The notes under the pieces: generated by a model
What the model was told of the DNA's origin: nothing
Seen by the model: the letters and a program-made list of their open reading frames with translations, nothing else
Database searches by the model: none
Shown here: piece by piece, positions 11,222 through 21,635 of the stretch
Position numbering within the stretch: position 1 is the stretch's first letter
Layout: each line of letters starts with the position of its first letter
Source of the DNA: Vezdaea acicularis
Lineage: Eukaryota
Direction: 5' to 3'
DNA: 64,000 bases
Assembly (NCBI GenBank): GCA_026025075.1
Contig: JAPEUI010000049.1
Location: 1 to 64,000 of the forward strand
Program-made: the position numbers and the translations under genes

Positions 11222-14200
11222 ATGGACGTTGGTGAATTTTATCTAGGTTGTGATCGCGTATTTCAAGAGCTCAGCAGCACAAAAGCCTCCCCAATATCAT
11301 CCATATGGTCTCACAGCTCTTCTAACTCTGCACCAGATGGCTCCGAGAACGAATTCGATCCAACACCAAAACCTTTGAGGATCGTAAAAAATGGTCGACT
11401 TGGTTCAAGCGAAGTGAGAACACGTCGTTCAACGTCCTCAAGTAACTCGGGCATTAGTCGTACCTTGAAGGCATCATTTGTGGATGTCCCAAGGCGCCGA
11501 TCATCTGCAACTTCTCATAGCGCTTCCGGAACCTCAAGCACTCATTCCAACGTGGATATGTCCATTTTTTCGAATTTCGAACCAGCAGAGGTTGGGGATG
11601 ATTCCAAGACCGAAATATCCACTATCTTAGATTCGCCAACAGCTTCGAGAGGACCAGATGGTGGGAGCGATCTAATGGTCAAAAAGAAACGAGTTCAGCC
11701 AACCTCTATGCTCTTACCAGAAAGTACTGGAGGTCCCGTAAAACCACAGGTCCAGCCGAGTTCCATGCTTTTGCCGGAGAGCGCAGAGCGTCTTGTAAAA
11801 CCTCGAGCTCAGACCTATTCCCTAGTTCCCCCAGCATTTTCTATTCCAAACTATGCGGCGCAGGAAGAGAGCGGCAGACTTCGTTCTCGTGATTCGTCTC
11901 GCCAGACGTCTCTGAAGTCTGGCGTTCCGTCGAAGCCGAGCGGCAATCCTGACCGCTCCGTAACAGTTGGGAGTTACTTGCAATCTGAGCTACTTCGGCC
12001 AAGCACTAGTGCAATCAATCCAGGAATTTCATTTGTGCCCACATTATCTACCCCAACAGGTGTACGTAGAGCTACAAGCACGGCGACCAAATTCGAGCGA
12101 CCAGGTTTGCGGTCGAGCAAAGAGTCTGATATGAGGCTTTCTGTCGATAGCGACTTCAAGCAGCCTCATGGTCAAAAGGCGGCGTCCCGAGACTATATCA
12201 GGTGGGAACCATCAGGAAAGAAAACTGTGCTCTCAAGGGTGTTCAGCAGCTTCAATAAATCGAGAAGTATGGGCGTACTTCGGGCCAGCAGCGGAACGCC
12301 TGACCCACTCTCTAGCCAAGAAACGTCAAATTGGCCAAAGCGCGAAAACAGCCATAAACTGAGCTCAGAAAAATCAGAAGATCGCTCGAGTCGATCAAGG
12401 TCTACTAGGTCGTCGAGCGTACACACCTACTGCAGCACGCAGAGTACCATAGAAGAAACGATCGCAGCGTTTCCACAGCCACCGCAGTCAGGAAGCAACT
12501 CCCCTAACGGAATCGGTCCATCACCGACGTTTACCAAGAGCGTCCATCTACGTTTAGCAGCACCTTCAAGACCTGTGATACTTGGACTCAAGACGACCAT
12601 TCTACCTGAGATTGAAAGTATTGATACGGAAGGTGGTCAGACGATATGGGTTGCCGTGGATGTGATGGGAGATGTAACAGTGCCTAGACATTGTCTGGAG
12701 ATTGCCCCTGTTCTGAGGCCATGTCTCGACGTTGTTGTCTTGATTGATCTTTCAGCTTATACTTCAACTGGATGCTTCAATGCTGCACGGGAGATCACTT
12801 CCTTCATTGCTTCTCAACTTGACCCTGTCAAGGATCGCTTGGCAGTGGTCTGCTCCACATTCTTTGAGGGAAAGGCGGGCAGCCGTGTAGTCTTCTCCCT
12901 TCGGCCAGTTCAGAGTGTTGATTTAAAGACGACGATGAGTACTTTGGACCACACAAGTCATAGGCCTGCGAGCTCGCATCTCCGGAGCGCTCTTGAATGC
13001 TCTATTACCATGCTTCTGAATTCCCAACCAACACTGCCAATAAATCAGCCCAAGGGAGATACGCTTTCTCTTGAGCGCTATGGTCATGTCTTTGTCGTCT
13101 CTGCGCATGCTGGAAACTGGAAAGAGCCTTCTAGCAGCCAAAATAATATTCAATTCCATATTGTACATCCTGGCATACTACCATGGAAAGGGCAAGAAGG
13201 TAGCAGTAACGGCTGGCAACTTCGTTCGCTCTACCCACCAAGGCTTGGGTCGACAGCTCTAAATCTTGCAGAAGGTGGCTTGCCGGACCAACTGAGATCG
13301 GTGATTCGACATGCCAAGCTGGCAGCTTACACAGGCACAATCACGAATGTGAAGGTACAAGTTGCGGCCGCCTCGAACTGTTCGGTCGAAGCAATTCTGG
13401 GTTCAACAGAAGCTGCAGCGCTTCGACCAGGTGGATCGATGGCGTTGCTCGTTAGGCTCAGGGTTGGAGCCTTGAAGATTTTATCTGCACCTGCCGACCA
13501 CTGTGGACAAGACGCAATCAGTCTACTGGCTCAGCTCGACGCCATGCTTGGTGAAGCAGCCGAAGAGATCTTGACAGTGAATGTGAGCTACCAACATTCT
13601 CTCCTGCCACCAGAGAGCACCGTGATGATTACAAGTAAAGGGCGTTTAAAGAGACATGCCGCTCAATCTGGCTGGAGAGCTAGCTCATCCAGCCCCAGTC
13701 TCAATGATAATAAAGACCGCCGCCACCAGGTACAACAACGGCTAGCTTTCTTCATCGGGTCCAATCACTCTCCCCGTCAAGCCTTGGCAGCACTTCACGA
13801 CGTGTTTGGGCACGACGGATGTGTATCAGTGTGTCCAGCTTATCTCAAGCTTCTTGCCCACGAGTTGAAATATCAGCTTCGCATATCTGAGAGGTACCGC
13901 CTACACTCCAGTGATAATGGTGATTCTAGTAGCGCAACGAACTCTGGATTTGCAGAGTTCGTTGGGGGGTCACTCTACGATGTGAATAACCAAATATCTG
14001 CTACAACATCAATACACGACTCTCGACCTCGTATCCCTTCTACCATTGAAGAGGGCTCTCCCCAAGAGCCATCATCTCCCATGACAACGGCTGTGGCTAC
14101 TCCGACTACCGCTGTGTCATTGACCTCCGAGAGATCCCCGGACCGCCCACCATCGAGAGAGTCTGTGGACGAGGCTCGCAGGATTTGGACAGACATGCGA

Positions 14201-14392
14201 AGGGCTAGACGCTGGGGCATGCATGCCTCCTCCGTTACTGATCCCGCGGATTGGGCTGCGAGCGACGAGGGGCTCATGGAGCTTAAGCTGAGCGCGTTGA
14301 GGAACAAAAGGAGCCTTGGCGCCGACACACTGAGATCCTTAAGAGCCGGCGAGGAGGGCAAGGGGAGGGGTATGGTAGCACCTTGGTTGTGA
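11222..14392 (+). CDS. 1056-aa protein: Ser-rich disordered N-half plus vWA-like domain, function unknown
   Basis: Long intronless ORF. CLDVVVLIDLSAYTS followed by DRLAVV resembles vWA strand 1 with a degenerate MIDAS and strand 2. HVFVVS is a later beta-strand-like segment. Confidence 0.8.
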   Translation: MDVGEFYLGCDRVFQELSSTKASPISSIWSHSSSNSAPDGSENEFDPTPKPLRIVKNGRLGSSEVRTRRSTSSSNSGISRTLKASFVDVPRRRSSATSHSASGTSSTHSNVDMSIFSNFEPAEVGDDSKTEISTILDSPTASRGPDGGSDLMVKKKRVQPTSMLLPESTGGPVKPQVQPSSMLLPESAERLVKPRAQTYSLVPPAFSIPNYAAQEESGRLRSRDSSRQTSLKSGVPSKPSGNPDRSVTVGSYLQSELLRPSTSAINPGISFVPTLSTPTGVRRATSTATKFERPGLRSSKESDMRLSVDSDFKQPHGQKAASRDYIRWEPSGKKTVLSRVFSSFNKSRSMGVLRASSGTPDPLSSQETSNWPKRENSHKLSSEKSEDRSSRSRSTRSSSVHTYCSTQSTIEETIAAFPQPPQSGSNSPNGIGPSPTFTKSVHLRLAAPSRPVILGLKTTILPEIESIDTEGGQTIWVAVDVMGDVTVPRHCLEIAPVLRPCLDVVVLIDLSAYTSTGCFNAAREITSFIASQLDPVKDRLAVVCSTFFEGKAGSRVVFSLRPVQSVDLKTTMSTLDHTSHRPASSHLRSALECSITMLLNSQPTLPINQPKGDTLSLERYGHVFVVSAHAGNWKEPSSSQNNIQFHIVHPGILPWKGQEGSSNGWQLRSLYPPRLGSTALNLAEGGLPDQLRSVIRHAKLAAYTGTITNVKVQVAAASNCSVEAILGSTEAAALRPGGSMALLVRLRVGALKILSAPADHCGQDAISLLAQLDAMLGEAAEEILTVNVSYQHSLLPPESTVMITSKGRLKRHAAQSGWRASSSSPSLNDNKDRRHQVQQRLAFFIGSNHSPRQALAALHDVFGHDGCVSVCPAYLKLLAHELKYQLRISERYRLHSSDNGDSSSATNSGFAEFVGGSLYDVNNQISATTSIHDSRPRIPSTIEEGSPQEPSSPMTTAVATPTTAVSLTSERSPDRPPSRESVDEARRIWTDMRRARRWGMHASSVTDPADWAASDEGLMELKLSALRNKRSLGADTLRSLRAGEEGKGRGMVAPWL
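11693..11806 (+). repeat. Intragenic 57-bp (19-aa) tandem duplication
   Basis: VQPTSMLLPESTGGPVKPQ followed by VQPSSMLLPESAERLVKPR. Confidence 0.85.
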
Positions 14393-14747
14393 ATACTATA
14401 TACCTAAAGAGCTACGTGGGAAGGACTTAGGCGTTTTGGGTTTGGGGGTTTTGGTCTATCATCACTGCAAGGTTGCATAGTGGCTGAATTCACTTGGGCA
14501 GGGGACATTTGGCAAATTCGCTGTCTTTCTTTTAGCCTTTATGGCATTATGCTTGAGCCGGCGTCTTGCTTTGCCGCCTCAGGCACCTTCTTGTACAACA
14601 TTAGTGCCCCCATGCTCCTCCTTCGGTGCTGCTTATTCTTACTCTACATATTCCATATTAGCTACATCAAGCGTGGCCTCAAGGTCGTTTTCCAGAAAAC
14701 AAAAGCGCTCCTGGGGTACATGCTACACCACTTGAGCCAAATCTATA

Positions 14748-15797
14748 TTAGGGTCTAATTACTCCTCTACTATCCCAAACCAACAATCTCTCGTCCCAAC
14801 CACAGCTGGCGCACCACCCCTCCGCCCCAAAAAGACACCAATCAACGCCCGTCGTAAACTCCGTATGCCTATCCATCCTACCTAGTTCCCTTCCGCTCCC
14901 TTGCGCCGTACCTCCGCTTTCTCCTGCTACCCCATCGCTCCACAGCCGTACCGTCATATCGTAACTCGCGCTCAGCAGCAAGTCTGGCAGATGGGGACTC
15001 CACGCCAGCTTCCTGACGGCATACTCATGCCCGCTCAGTATGGCTAGTGGACCCTGCTGCGGGGCACGGATATCGAAAGTTCGGATCAATCGGTCGACGC
15101 CAGCGGTCGCGACGATGCCGGAGCGGTACTTGTTCCAGTCGTGTGTGAGGGCCTCCGATGGGGCGTGCGTTGGGATGGAAGGGGTGCCTGGTTGTAAAGG
15201 CGCGGGCTTGAGAGATGGAGAGTGGATCGGAATGGTGAGTGTAAGGTGATTTGAGGCGGATGCGGGGGTGCGGAGGTCGTAGACGCGGAGGTAGGAGTCA
15301 GACGAGACGGCAGAGAGGAGGGAGGGCGAATGCGGCGAGAAGAGGGCGGAGTAGGTACAGGAATGGGTTGGGAGGGTTAGGAGAGATTCCGCCCGTTCCG
15401 GGTTATAGATCTTGATCGTGCCGTCCCATGAAGAGGAGAGGAAAGTATCCTTCGACACGAGGTTCCAATGGACGCAGAAGACTTCGCGCTTGTGCTCATG
15501 CCAATTTGCGACGGGGAATTGATCGAGCCCGGTATCGAAGAGCTTGACGCTGCCGTCGCCGGAGGCGGTGACGAGTTGGTTCGAATGTGCTTCGGACCAC
15601 GAGAGCGAGAAGAGTGAGTCTTGCGTGTCGAACCATTTCTCCGGGACGATGCCCTCGGGTGTGAGGTTGAGGATGTAGAGGCGCCCATTCCCCACAAGGC
15701 CGAAGTTTGCGGCGGAGGCGACGGCGATGCGTGAGTCGATGAAGGGGGAGTATTGCACGCCGCAGTTGTTGAAGCCCGTCGTACGATACTCGAGCAT
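14748..15797 (-). CDS. PEX7: Peroxisomal targeting signal 2 receptor (WD40)
   Basis: Characteristic N-terminus MLEYRTTGFNNCGVQYSPFIDSRIAVASAANFGLVGNGRLYIL, plus THDWNKY, GHEYAVRKLAWSPH and HTEFTTGVDW. Intronless. Confidence 0.97.
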   Translation of the reverse strand: MLEYRTTGFNNCGVQYSPFIDSRIAVASAANFGLVGNGRLYILNLTPEGIVPEKWFDTQDSLFSLSWSEAHSNQLVTASGDGSVKLFDTGLDQFPVANWHEHKREVFCVHWNLVSKDTFLSSSWDGTIKIYNPERAESLLTLPTHSCTYSALFSPHSPSLLSAVSSDSYLRVYDLRTPASASNHLTLTIPIHSPSLKPAPLQPGTPSIPTHAPSEALTHDWNKYRSGIVATAGVDRLIRTFDIRAPQQGPLAILSGHEYAVRKLAWSPHLPDLLLSASYDMTVRLWSDGVAGESGGTAQGSGRELGRMDRHTEFTTGVDWCLFGAEGWCASCGWDERLLVWDSRGVIRP

Positions 15798-16033
15798 TGT
15801 TTTCCCCTTAAGCTCTCCTCGCCTACATCTAATGTCTCATGGTAGATGCGGGACGAAATCTAAAAGGCTGTTTGTATGACGCTGCCGAGGCAATCATTGT
15901 CCCGCTTGTGGAAAGGCGGTGGCTTTCTGCCGGAGGGGTTCAGTCGCGTCTCACACACAGGGCGCGTCAAAAAATCGGTTCGCCACATATGCACCTGGTT
16001 TCTTCGTCATGGTCAATTCTCTGTTGTTCAAAC
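15798..16033. promoter_or_regulatory. Compact divergent promoter, PEX7 / AlkB-GRF
   Basis: Head-to-head ATGs separated by 236 bp. Confidence 0.6.
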
Positions 16034-17452
16034 ATGGATGCCTTTATATCACGAAAGAGACGGCGTGTGGCCTCACCAGCGAAAGAGAAGCGGGCTCTAT
16101 TGTCTACCAACGTCGCCAAAGACGTCGGTGATAATGACTCGACAGAGCTCAAGCTGGCTATGCTGGCTTCCGTTCATCCCACTGTCGATCCTGGCCTGCT
16201 TCTGGATTTCTTGTTGGCCGCCGATGGATCCGTCGAGGCTGCTTCTGCTCTTTTATCAAATCCTCACACAAGAGACCCAAAGAAAAAGTCTGTCCTTGGT
16301 AGTTTGGCCTACCAATCTTCTCTTTCCAACTATGCTACGCAAATCACACCGGGCGGTGACTCCATATCTGTGAGGCGTCTGAGAGCGCTTACGAAGAAGG
16401 GTAGAACCCTTCACGTATACAGCCCAGAGGATGTAGCAGCTCATACTCCCTGCTCCATCATCCACAATTTCCTACTCGCCGAAGAGGCCAATGACCTACT
16501 TCGAGAACTACTAGTGGAAGCGCCTACTTACGAACGGCAGACTTTCAAGCTGTTTGAGAATGTCGTACAAAGTCCCCACACGGCTTCTTTCTATGTTGAA
16601 AGCCTCGAAGAGCAGAAGAGGCAGAAGACGGAGTATCTCTACAACGGGGCGTATCTGACCGACGTTCGACAGATTCTGCCAAATATGCGGAAGGTCTCCT
16701 CTAAGGTGCAAGAAGCTGTAAATATTGAGGTTGTGAAGCGAATCAAGTCGCATTATCCCGGGGGGGAGAAGCTGAGGTTCCAGAGCTCGAAGGAATGGAT
16801 ACCAAATGCTGCTTTCGTCAATTGCTACAACGGAGGGGCCGAAAGTGTAGGATATCACTCCGACCAGATGACCTATCTTGGACCCAGAGCGGTCATTGGC
16901 AGTCTTAGCCTGGGAGTCTCTCGAGAGTTCAGGGTGCGAAAAGTCGTCCCAATGGAGGAAGAGGAAGAAGTCGCTGTAGCAGGCAACAAGGGAAAAGCCA
17001 AAAACGAAAAGTCAGGGAAGAATGACGAAAGAGGGGATGCTCAGGGACAAATCAGCATCCACCTCCCCCACAACTCACTCCTCGTCATGCATGCGGAGAT
17101 GCAAGAAGAGTGGAAACATAGCATCGCCCCCGCAGCAGCTATCGACCCTCATCCCATTGCGGGGAACAAGAGGCTCAATATAACCTACCGGCATTACCCT
17201 GAGAGCTTCCATCCGAGACATACGCCGAAATGCAAATGCGATGTGGCTTCGGTACTGCGAGTTGTGCAGAGAAAGAAGGAGAGCTGGGGGAGGTACTTTT
17301 GGATGTGCCATGCAGGTGCCGTACCTGTCCAGGGGAAGAAGGGATGTACTTTCTTTCAGTGGGCAGAATTCGATGACGATGGGGAACCGCCATGGACAGA
17401 TGACTTCAAGGGTCGATCAAGTGGTCATTGTAACATAGATCCAGGTCAATGA
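16034..17452 (+). CDS. AlkB-family 2OG-Fe(II) dioxygenase with N-terminal CUE-like domain and C-terminal GRF zinc finger
   Basis: VNCYNGGAESVGYHSD (HxD), SLSLGVSREF, WKHSI and RLNITYR give the AlkB core. CKC...GRYFWMC...CTFFQW is a GRF-ZF. LASVHPTVDPGLLLDFLLAADGSVEAA is CUE-like. The start is placed at MDAFISRKRRR (NLS-like) rather than 15839. Confidence 0.9.
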   Translation: MDAFISRKRRRVASPAKEKRALLSTNVAKDVGDNDSTELKLAMLASVHPTVDPGLLLDFLLAADGSVEAASALLSNPHTRDPKKKSVLGSLAYQSSLSNYATQITPGGDSISVRRLRALTKKGRTLHVYSPEDVAAHTPCSIIHNFLLAEEANDLLRELLVEAPTYERQTFKLFENVVQSPHTASFYVESLEEQKRQKTEYLYNGAYLTDVRQILPNMRKVSSKVQEAVNIEVVKRIKSHYPGGEKLRFQSSKEWIPNAAFVNCYNGGAESVGYHSDQMTYLGPRAVIGSLSLGVSREFRVRKVVPMEEEEEVAVAGNKGKAKNEKSGKNDERGDAQGQISIHLPHNSLLVMHAEMQEEWKHSIAPAAAIDPHPIAGNKRLNITYRHYPESFHPRHTPKCKCDVASVLRVVQRKKESWGRYFWMCHAGAVPVQGKKGCTFFQWAEFDDDGEPPWTDDFKGRSSGHCNIDPGQ

Positions 17453-17854
17453 CAACAATCACATGCCAAATAACTTCTGCGGACAACGGTTCTACATCAT
17501 AGCTTGTTCATAACCAATAATAAGATTAAGGATGGGAATACCCAGGAAGCAGAATATGGAACAGGCACCAACAGATCTGCATGGCGAAGACAACTCATTC
17601 TTTCGAGCAGGACAAAAATTTACTGCTTTGAGGGAAAGAAGCCCTTACTATGTATGCAACAAAAGTCCAGCAACGCAGACCCAAGACAGACTTCAAACAG
17701 CCAAAGCAATCGCTGGCCCAAGCCAACTCCTGTCCCAACTTGATGCCCGTATCCCAATGCGTCGCAATACAATCTTTCACTAAAACGTCTACACCGACCA
17801 TTTCTTCCTAATTCCTCCCTTTTCTCAAAAACAGCACGGCCATCCATCTTCGCT

Positions 17855-18214
17855 CTAGAACAAGAGATCCAAGCAACAGCAACAAGCCAACAGCCCGGCA
17901 CAGGCCCCCAGCAGTCCCGTCTGGCCCGCCCCGGCACCTCCGGCAAATCTTCCCTGCGGCGCTCCTTGTTGGTAGTACATGCCCGGCTGTGAATAATAAC
18001 CTCCTTGCGGTGGCGGACCCCCCTGTGGACCGCCGTAATAATAACCAGGGGGAGGGTTCTGAGGGCCGCCGTAGGGGCCTTGAGGTGGAAAGCCTTGATT
18101 GTAGTAGCCGCCTTGTGGTGGCGGGCCCCCCTGGAAGCCTTGCGATGTGTAAGGGCCGGCGTCGTAGTGTGCTTGTTGCGGGTAGGCGGGAGGATCGCCT
18201 GGTTTGGAGGGCAT
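17855..18214 (-). CDS. CYSTM (cysteine-rich transmembrane module) tail-anchored protein
   Basis: P/G/Q/Y-rich repeats (GGPPPQGGYY twice) followed by C-terminal GLLGACAGLLACCCCLDLLF. Confidence 0.88.
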   Translation of the reverse strand: MPSKPGDPPAYPQQAHYDAGPYTSQGFQGGPPPQGGYYNQGFPPQGPYGGPQNPPPGYYYGGPQGGPPPQGGYYSQPGMYYQQGAPQGRFAGGAGAGQTGLLGACAGLLACCCCLDLLF

Positions 18215-19648
18215 GATGATGACGATTGAGGGCTAGGGAGAGAGTCGGTTATAAGGGTTTATTGATAGCAAGACGATAGGTGAAGAGTCGGATTGTGGCG
18301 GATAGGAAAGCGGATGGTGAGGAGATCCGGCGTTTGGTGTGAGAAGAGTGCTGATGACAATGGCGCCCAAATTTGGGTTCTAAATATTGGAGGAAGGAAA
18401 AATACTTGCAAGAGGAGTTGTGATGAAGTGGCTATGGATGAAAGAAAATGAGGGAATAGGATTGGTCGAAGGATGTCGACGCCTCTTGTCCGTGTGGATG
18501 ACGCGGCTCTTCTCGGTCGACGATGATTGGCTCACGGAAGGCAACCCTCCACCGACACCTTGTCACGAGTGCGCTTGGTGCCGACTCGGCGAACGGGGAT
18601 ATCATTGTTATAAGTTCAACTTCTCGCCACAATTCAAGTCCATCGACCTCTGGAGCCTCGGCGAAGGTTCTAGCGTTATTGCGGGGGATGCTGAGCCACA
18701 GCTAAAGTTGGTAGCGATGACGTCTCGCCTGGGGTCGGGCCCTGGCTCACCCGACCGAGGGACGAGCAGTTCAGGAATAGCATCACGGCCAATCGATCAA
18801 TGTCCCGCGACTTTTGACCGTCGAGATATCGAATTGGGGCATCCGGATTACCCCATCCCGTCGGCCTTTAGCAGACTGTCGCACAGATCACTCTTTCGTC
18901 CTCCCATCCCACGTTTCGCGACCTTCCGCCCCGTCCCCAGCCCCTCCAAAAAAGCAGCGAGCTGCGACATCCTCCCCGCGACGCCTGTTCTGCGCCAATC
19001 AAGCAACCGCATCTGCAATCTGCGACGACTCGCAACCTCCAATCCCCAGCCACCCATCTCACACGCCGATTCGCAGCGTTCCCGGACGGGTCCGCCGCCG
19101 CCGGTTCCTTGGTTGAACGCGCCCTCCTTCCGTCAATATCCCATCATCAAGCTGTGTCCTTTCGCTGTATCGGGACCCCGAGGCTGCCTCTTTTCGCACC
19201 GGCACTGCGTCAATAATCATGATCCTGCCGTCGTGATCCTGCGAGATTTCCACTTCTTCTGACTCTCTTCAACACACACTACTACTTATCTTCAATATCC
19301 TGTCAATTGTTCATCTACCTATCGTCGTCTACTGTTCTCGTCACTCGTCATTCGTCATTCCGCGCAACCTATCGCAATCCTTCCGAATAGCCCTTCGTTC
19401 ATGTCACTCGTTCTTCTTGGGGATCTGCCAAAACGCCCGCGCGTCATATCTACAGCACGACCAATCGACTGCAGCGCATAGTATAAACCCGCACTAGACA
19501 TCTATAACAACATCTTTCACCCATCCCGAGTATCCAGCAAAGAGCGACAAGGTTCTGGCAGCTTGTCCTACTTCAAATTCCATCGCAAACCATCGTATCC
19601 TGAAATACGCACTCAAGAGCGCGCATCACCACCCCCTCCTCGCCGGTC

Positions 19649-20311
19649 ATGGCGCCAATCCCCTCAATAGCATCCCTCTCATCAACCCTCTCCTCCACCA
19701 TCACAACCAACATCCTGAGCCTCACCCGGCGCCAACAAGCTACAACACCGGACACCGCCACCACGCCCATCGTCGCAATACCGAACACGCTCCCCGACAA
19801 AGACAACTCCACCTCTCCCGGCGCCGTCGTCGGGATCGTACTAGGCTCAGTCTTCGGACTCCTCCTCGTCCTATGGCTCCTCGCGACATGCTTCGGGCTG
19901 GGGCCGTCCTACGGCGGCGGCGGCAGCAGCAGCGAGAGCAGCATCAGCGTGCGCGAGCACCGCTCCTCTTCGCACAGGCAGTCCACGCGTCGTAGGTCTC
20001 GCTCTTACTCCCCGCCACGCAGGCGCAGTGTTGATGTCGTCAGGGAGGTGAGAGAGGTGCACCGTAGTCCCCGGCGCGAACCGCGGCGCGAGACCGTCGT
20101 CGTGGACGTCGAGGAGAGGAGGCGCAGTAGGGATGATGAGAGGGGCAGTGATGTCGTGGAAGTCTTCGAGGAACGGAGCGGTGGCAGGAGGAATAGTGGT
20201 CGTAGACCCAGTACGGGCTATAGGGAGGTCGATGCGAATCTTTATGCGGGCGGGAATAGGCCCGTTGAGCAGGTCTTTGTTAGGAAGGGGAGTCGGAAGG
20301 GGAGGCGGTAG
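19649..20311 (+). CDS. Small single-pass membrane protein, unknown function
   Basis: S/T-rich N-terminus, one TM segment (GAVVGIVLGSVFGLLLVLWLL) and an R/S/E/V-rich cytoplasmic tail ending GYREVDANLYAGG. A TATA-like tataaa lies at about 19482. Confidence 0.75.
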   Translation: MAPIPSIASLSSTLSSTITTNILSLTRRQQATTPDTATTPIVAIPNTLPDKDNSTSPGAVVGIVLGSVFGLLLVLWLLATCFGLGPSYGGGGSSSESSISVREHRSSSHRQSTRRRSRSYSPPRRRSVDVVREVREVHRSPRREPRRETVVVDVEERRRSRDDERGSDVVEVFEERSGGRRNSGRRPSTGYREVDANLYAGGNRPVEQVFVRKGSRKGRR

Positions 20312-20900
20312 GGAAAGGGCTTTTCGGAATTGGACATGTCGAGCGGGAGACAGGCGAGGGGAAGGGCGGGGGAAAGGGGGGAGTCTCGTCCCCAGGTCTC
20401 GCAGAAGGATAGGAGTCGTCGGCGTTTTCATTTGGGCCGGTCGTTGGATATTTCAGCTTTCCACTATCTTTTTTTTTGTACAGGTCTATACGGGGAATTG
20501 GCGCCGAGTCTTGTTCTACTCCACTGCGCTGTCAAAGGCATACCTCATGGTTGTACTCTCCGCCTTTAATATCAGGGCATGGCATCTCATCTAGTAATCA
20601 CATCGTCACATCTCTCTTCCACACTTTGCTCAGATTAGCCAAAGTTTGCTGGAGATGAGCTAGCTAGCTCGTCGAATCCGATGCTGAAGGACTTGGTTGT
20701 CTTGCCACTAATATTTGCACCTGGGGTTGGAGTAAAGAAGAAATGGACAGGTTAGCTAGTAGTCTCTTACCCCTTCCCCCCCCTGATATATGACATGTCG
20801 ATACGATAATCAATTATATCCCCGTTTAAACGAAAAGAAGTTGCCTATGTGGTCACCATTCGCCTCATGGAATAGCAGTCATGGCATATACTGAAAAGTT

Positions 20901-21160
20901 GCTCATACAACGGGGAAACCGCTTATACAACTGGGAGACCGCTCATGCAACGATAGAACCACCCTAGCTCCATCCCGGGTAGTTCGTGTGATTGGGGAGC
21001 CCCTGATATGATAAGAGAAAGGTCATGTAGCGAGGGGAACTTCATTCAAGGAGAGAAACTTCATTTTAAGAGAGAACCCCCGTATAATGAGAGAAACCCC
21101 TTGCAATGATAGCGCGCGTCCTAGGCTCCATATCCCAGCGGTCACGCAATTGAAGCTGTG
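20901..21160. repeat. Degenerate 19-20 bp minisatellite in two blocks
   Basis: gctcatacaacggggaaacc / gcttatacaactgggagacc / gctcatgcaacgatagaacc (20901-20960). A second array of about 19-bp units lies at about 21023-21112. Confidence 0.7.
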
Positions 21161-21635
21161 GATAGAGGAAAAGATCTCATGAATTTTCATCCTAAGATAC
21201 AAATCTCAAACATCTCTTGGGCCAGTAGAGGAACCAATCTGGTCCTTTGTGTGCGTCACAAGACTCCCTTAATCCTCGCCCTACCCCCAAAAACTCCAGG
21301 CACCCGTTCATTACCACCCTTCCCCTCTTTCCCCCCAAAAGGAGACCAAATAGCTCTCTCACGTAGTTGACAACTCCCCATTCCCACCCCACGGACCAAA
21401 AAGAAAAGAGCGGCGAGAAAAGACCGCCCAGGAGGTGTACAAAGGCTCGCCGGTGAACATCTACATCGTAAAGTCGTCGCCACGGCCGTATGGAGGGTTC
21501 TCATGCTTCGAGAACGAAAACAAGGAGGTATAGGTATAGGTATCTCTTCGACAGCGCACAAATGGAGCGCTCAATTCAGCTCGAATCAGCATGAAAAAAA
21601 CATTCAAAAACAGAAAAGGACGGCCCACAGCCAGG

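Noticed and set aside
15839..16033. 65-aa N-terminal extension of the AlkB-GRF ORF
   Set aside because: It would start 41 bp from the PEX7 ATG, leaving no promoter. MDAFISRKRRR is the more plausible start.
18387..19262. 291-aa ORF between CYSTM and the membrane-protein gene
   Set aside because: TTG start, no recognisable motifs, and it spans a divergent promoter/UTR region.
20901..21112. Regularly spaced repeats as a CRISPR-like array
   Set aside because: Eukaryotic context, degenerate head-to-tail units without unique spacers, and no cas genes.
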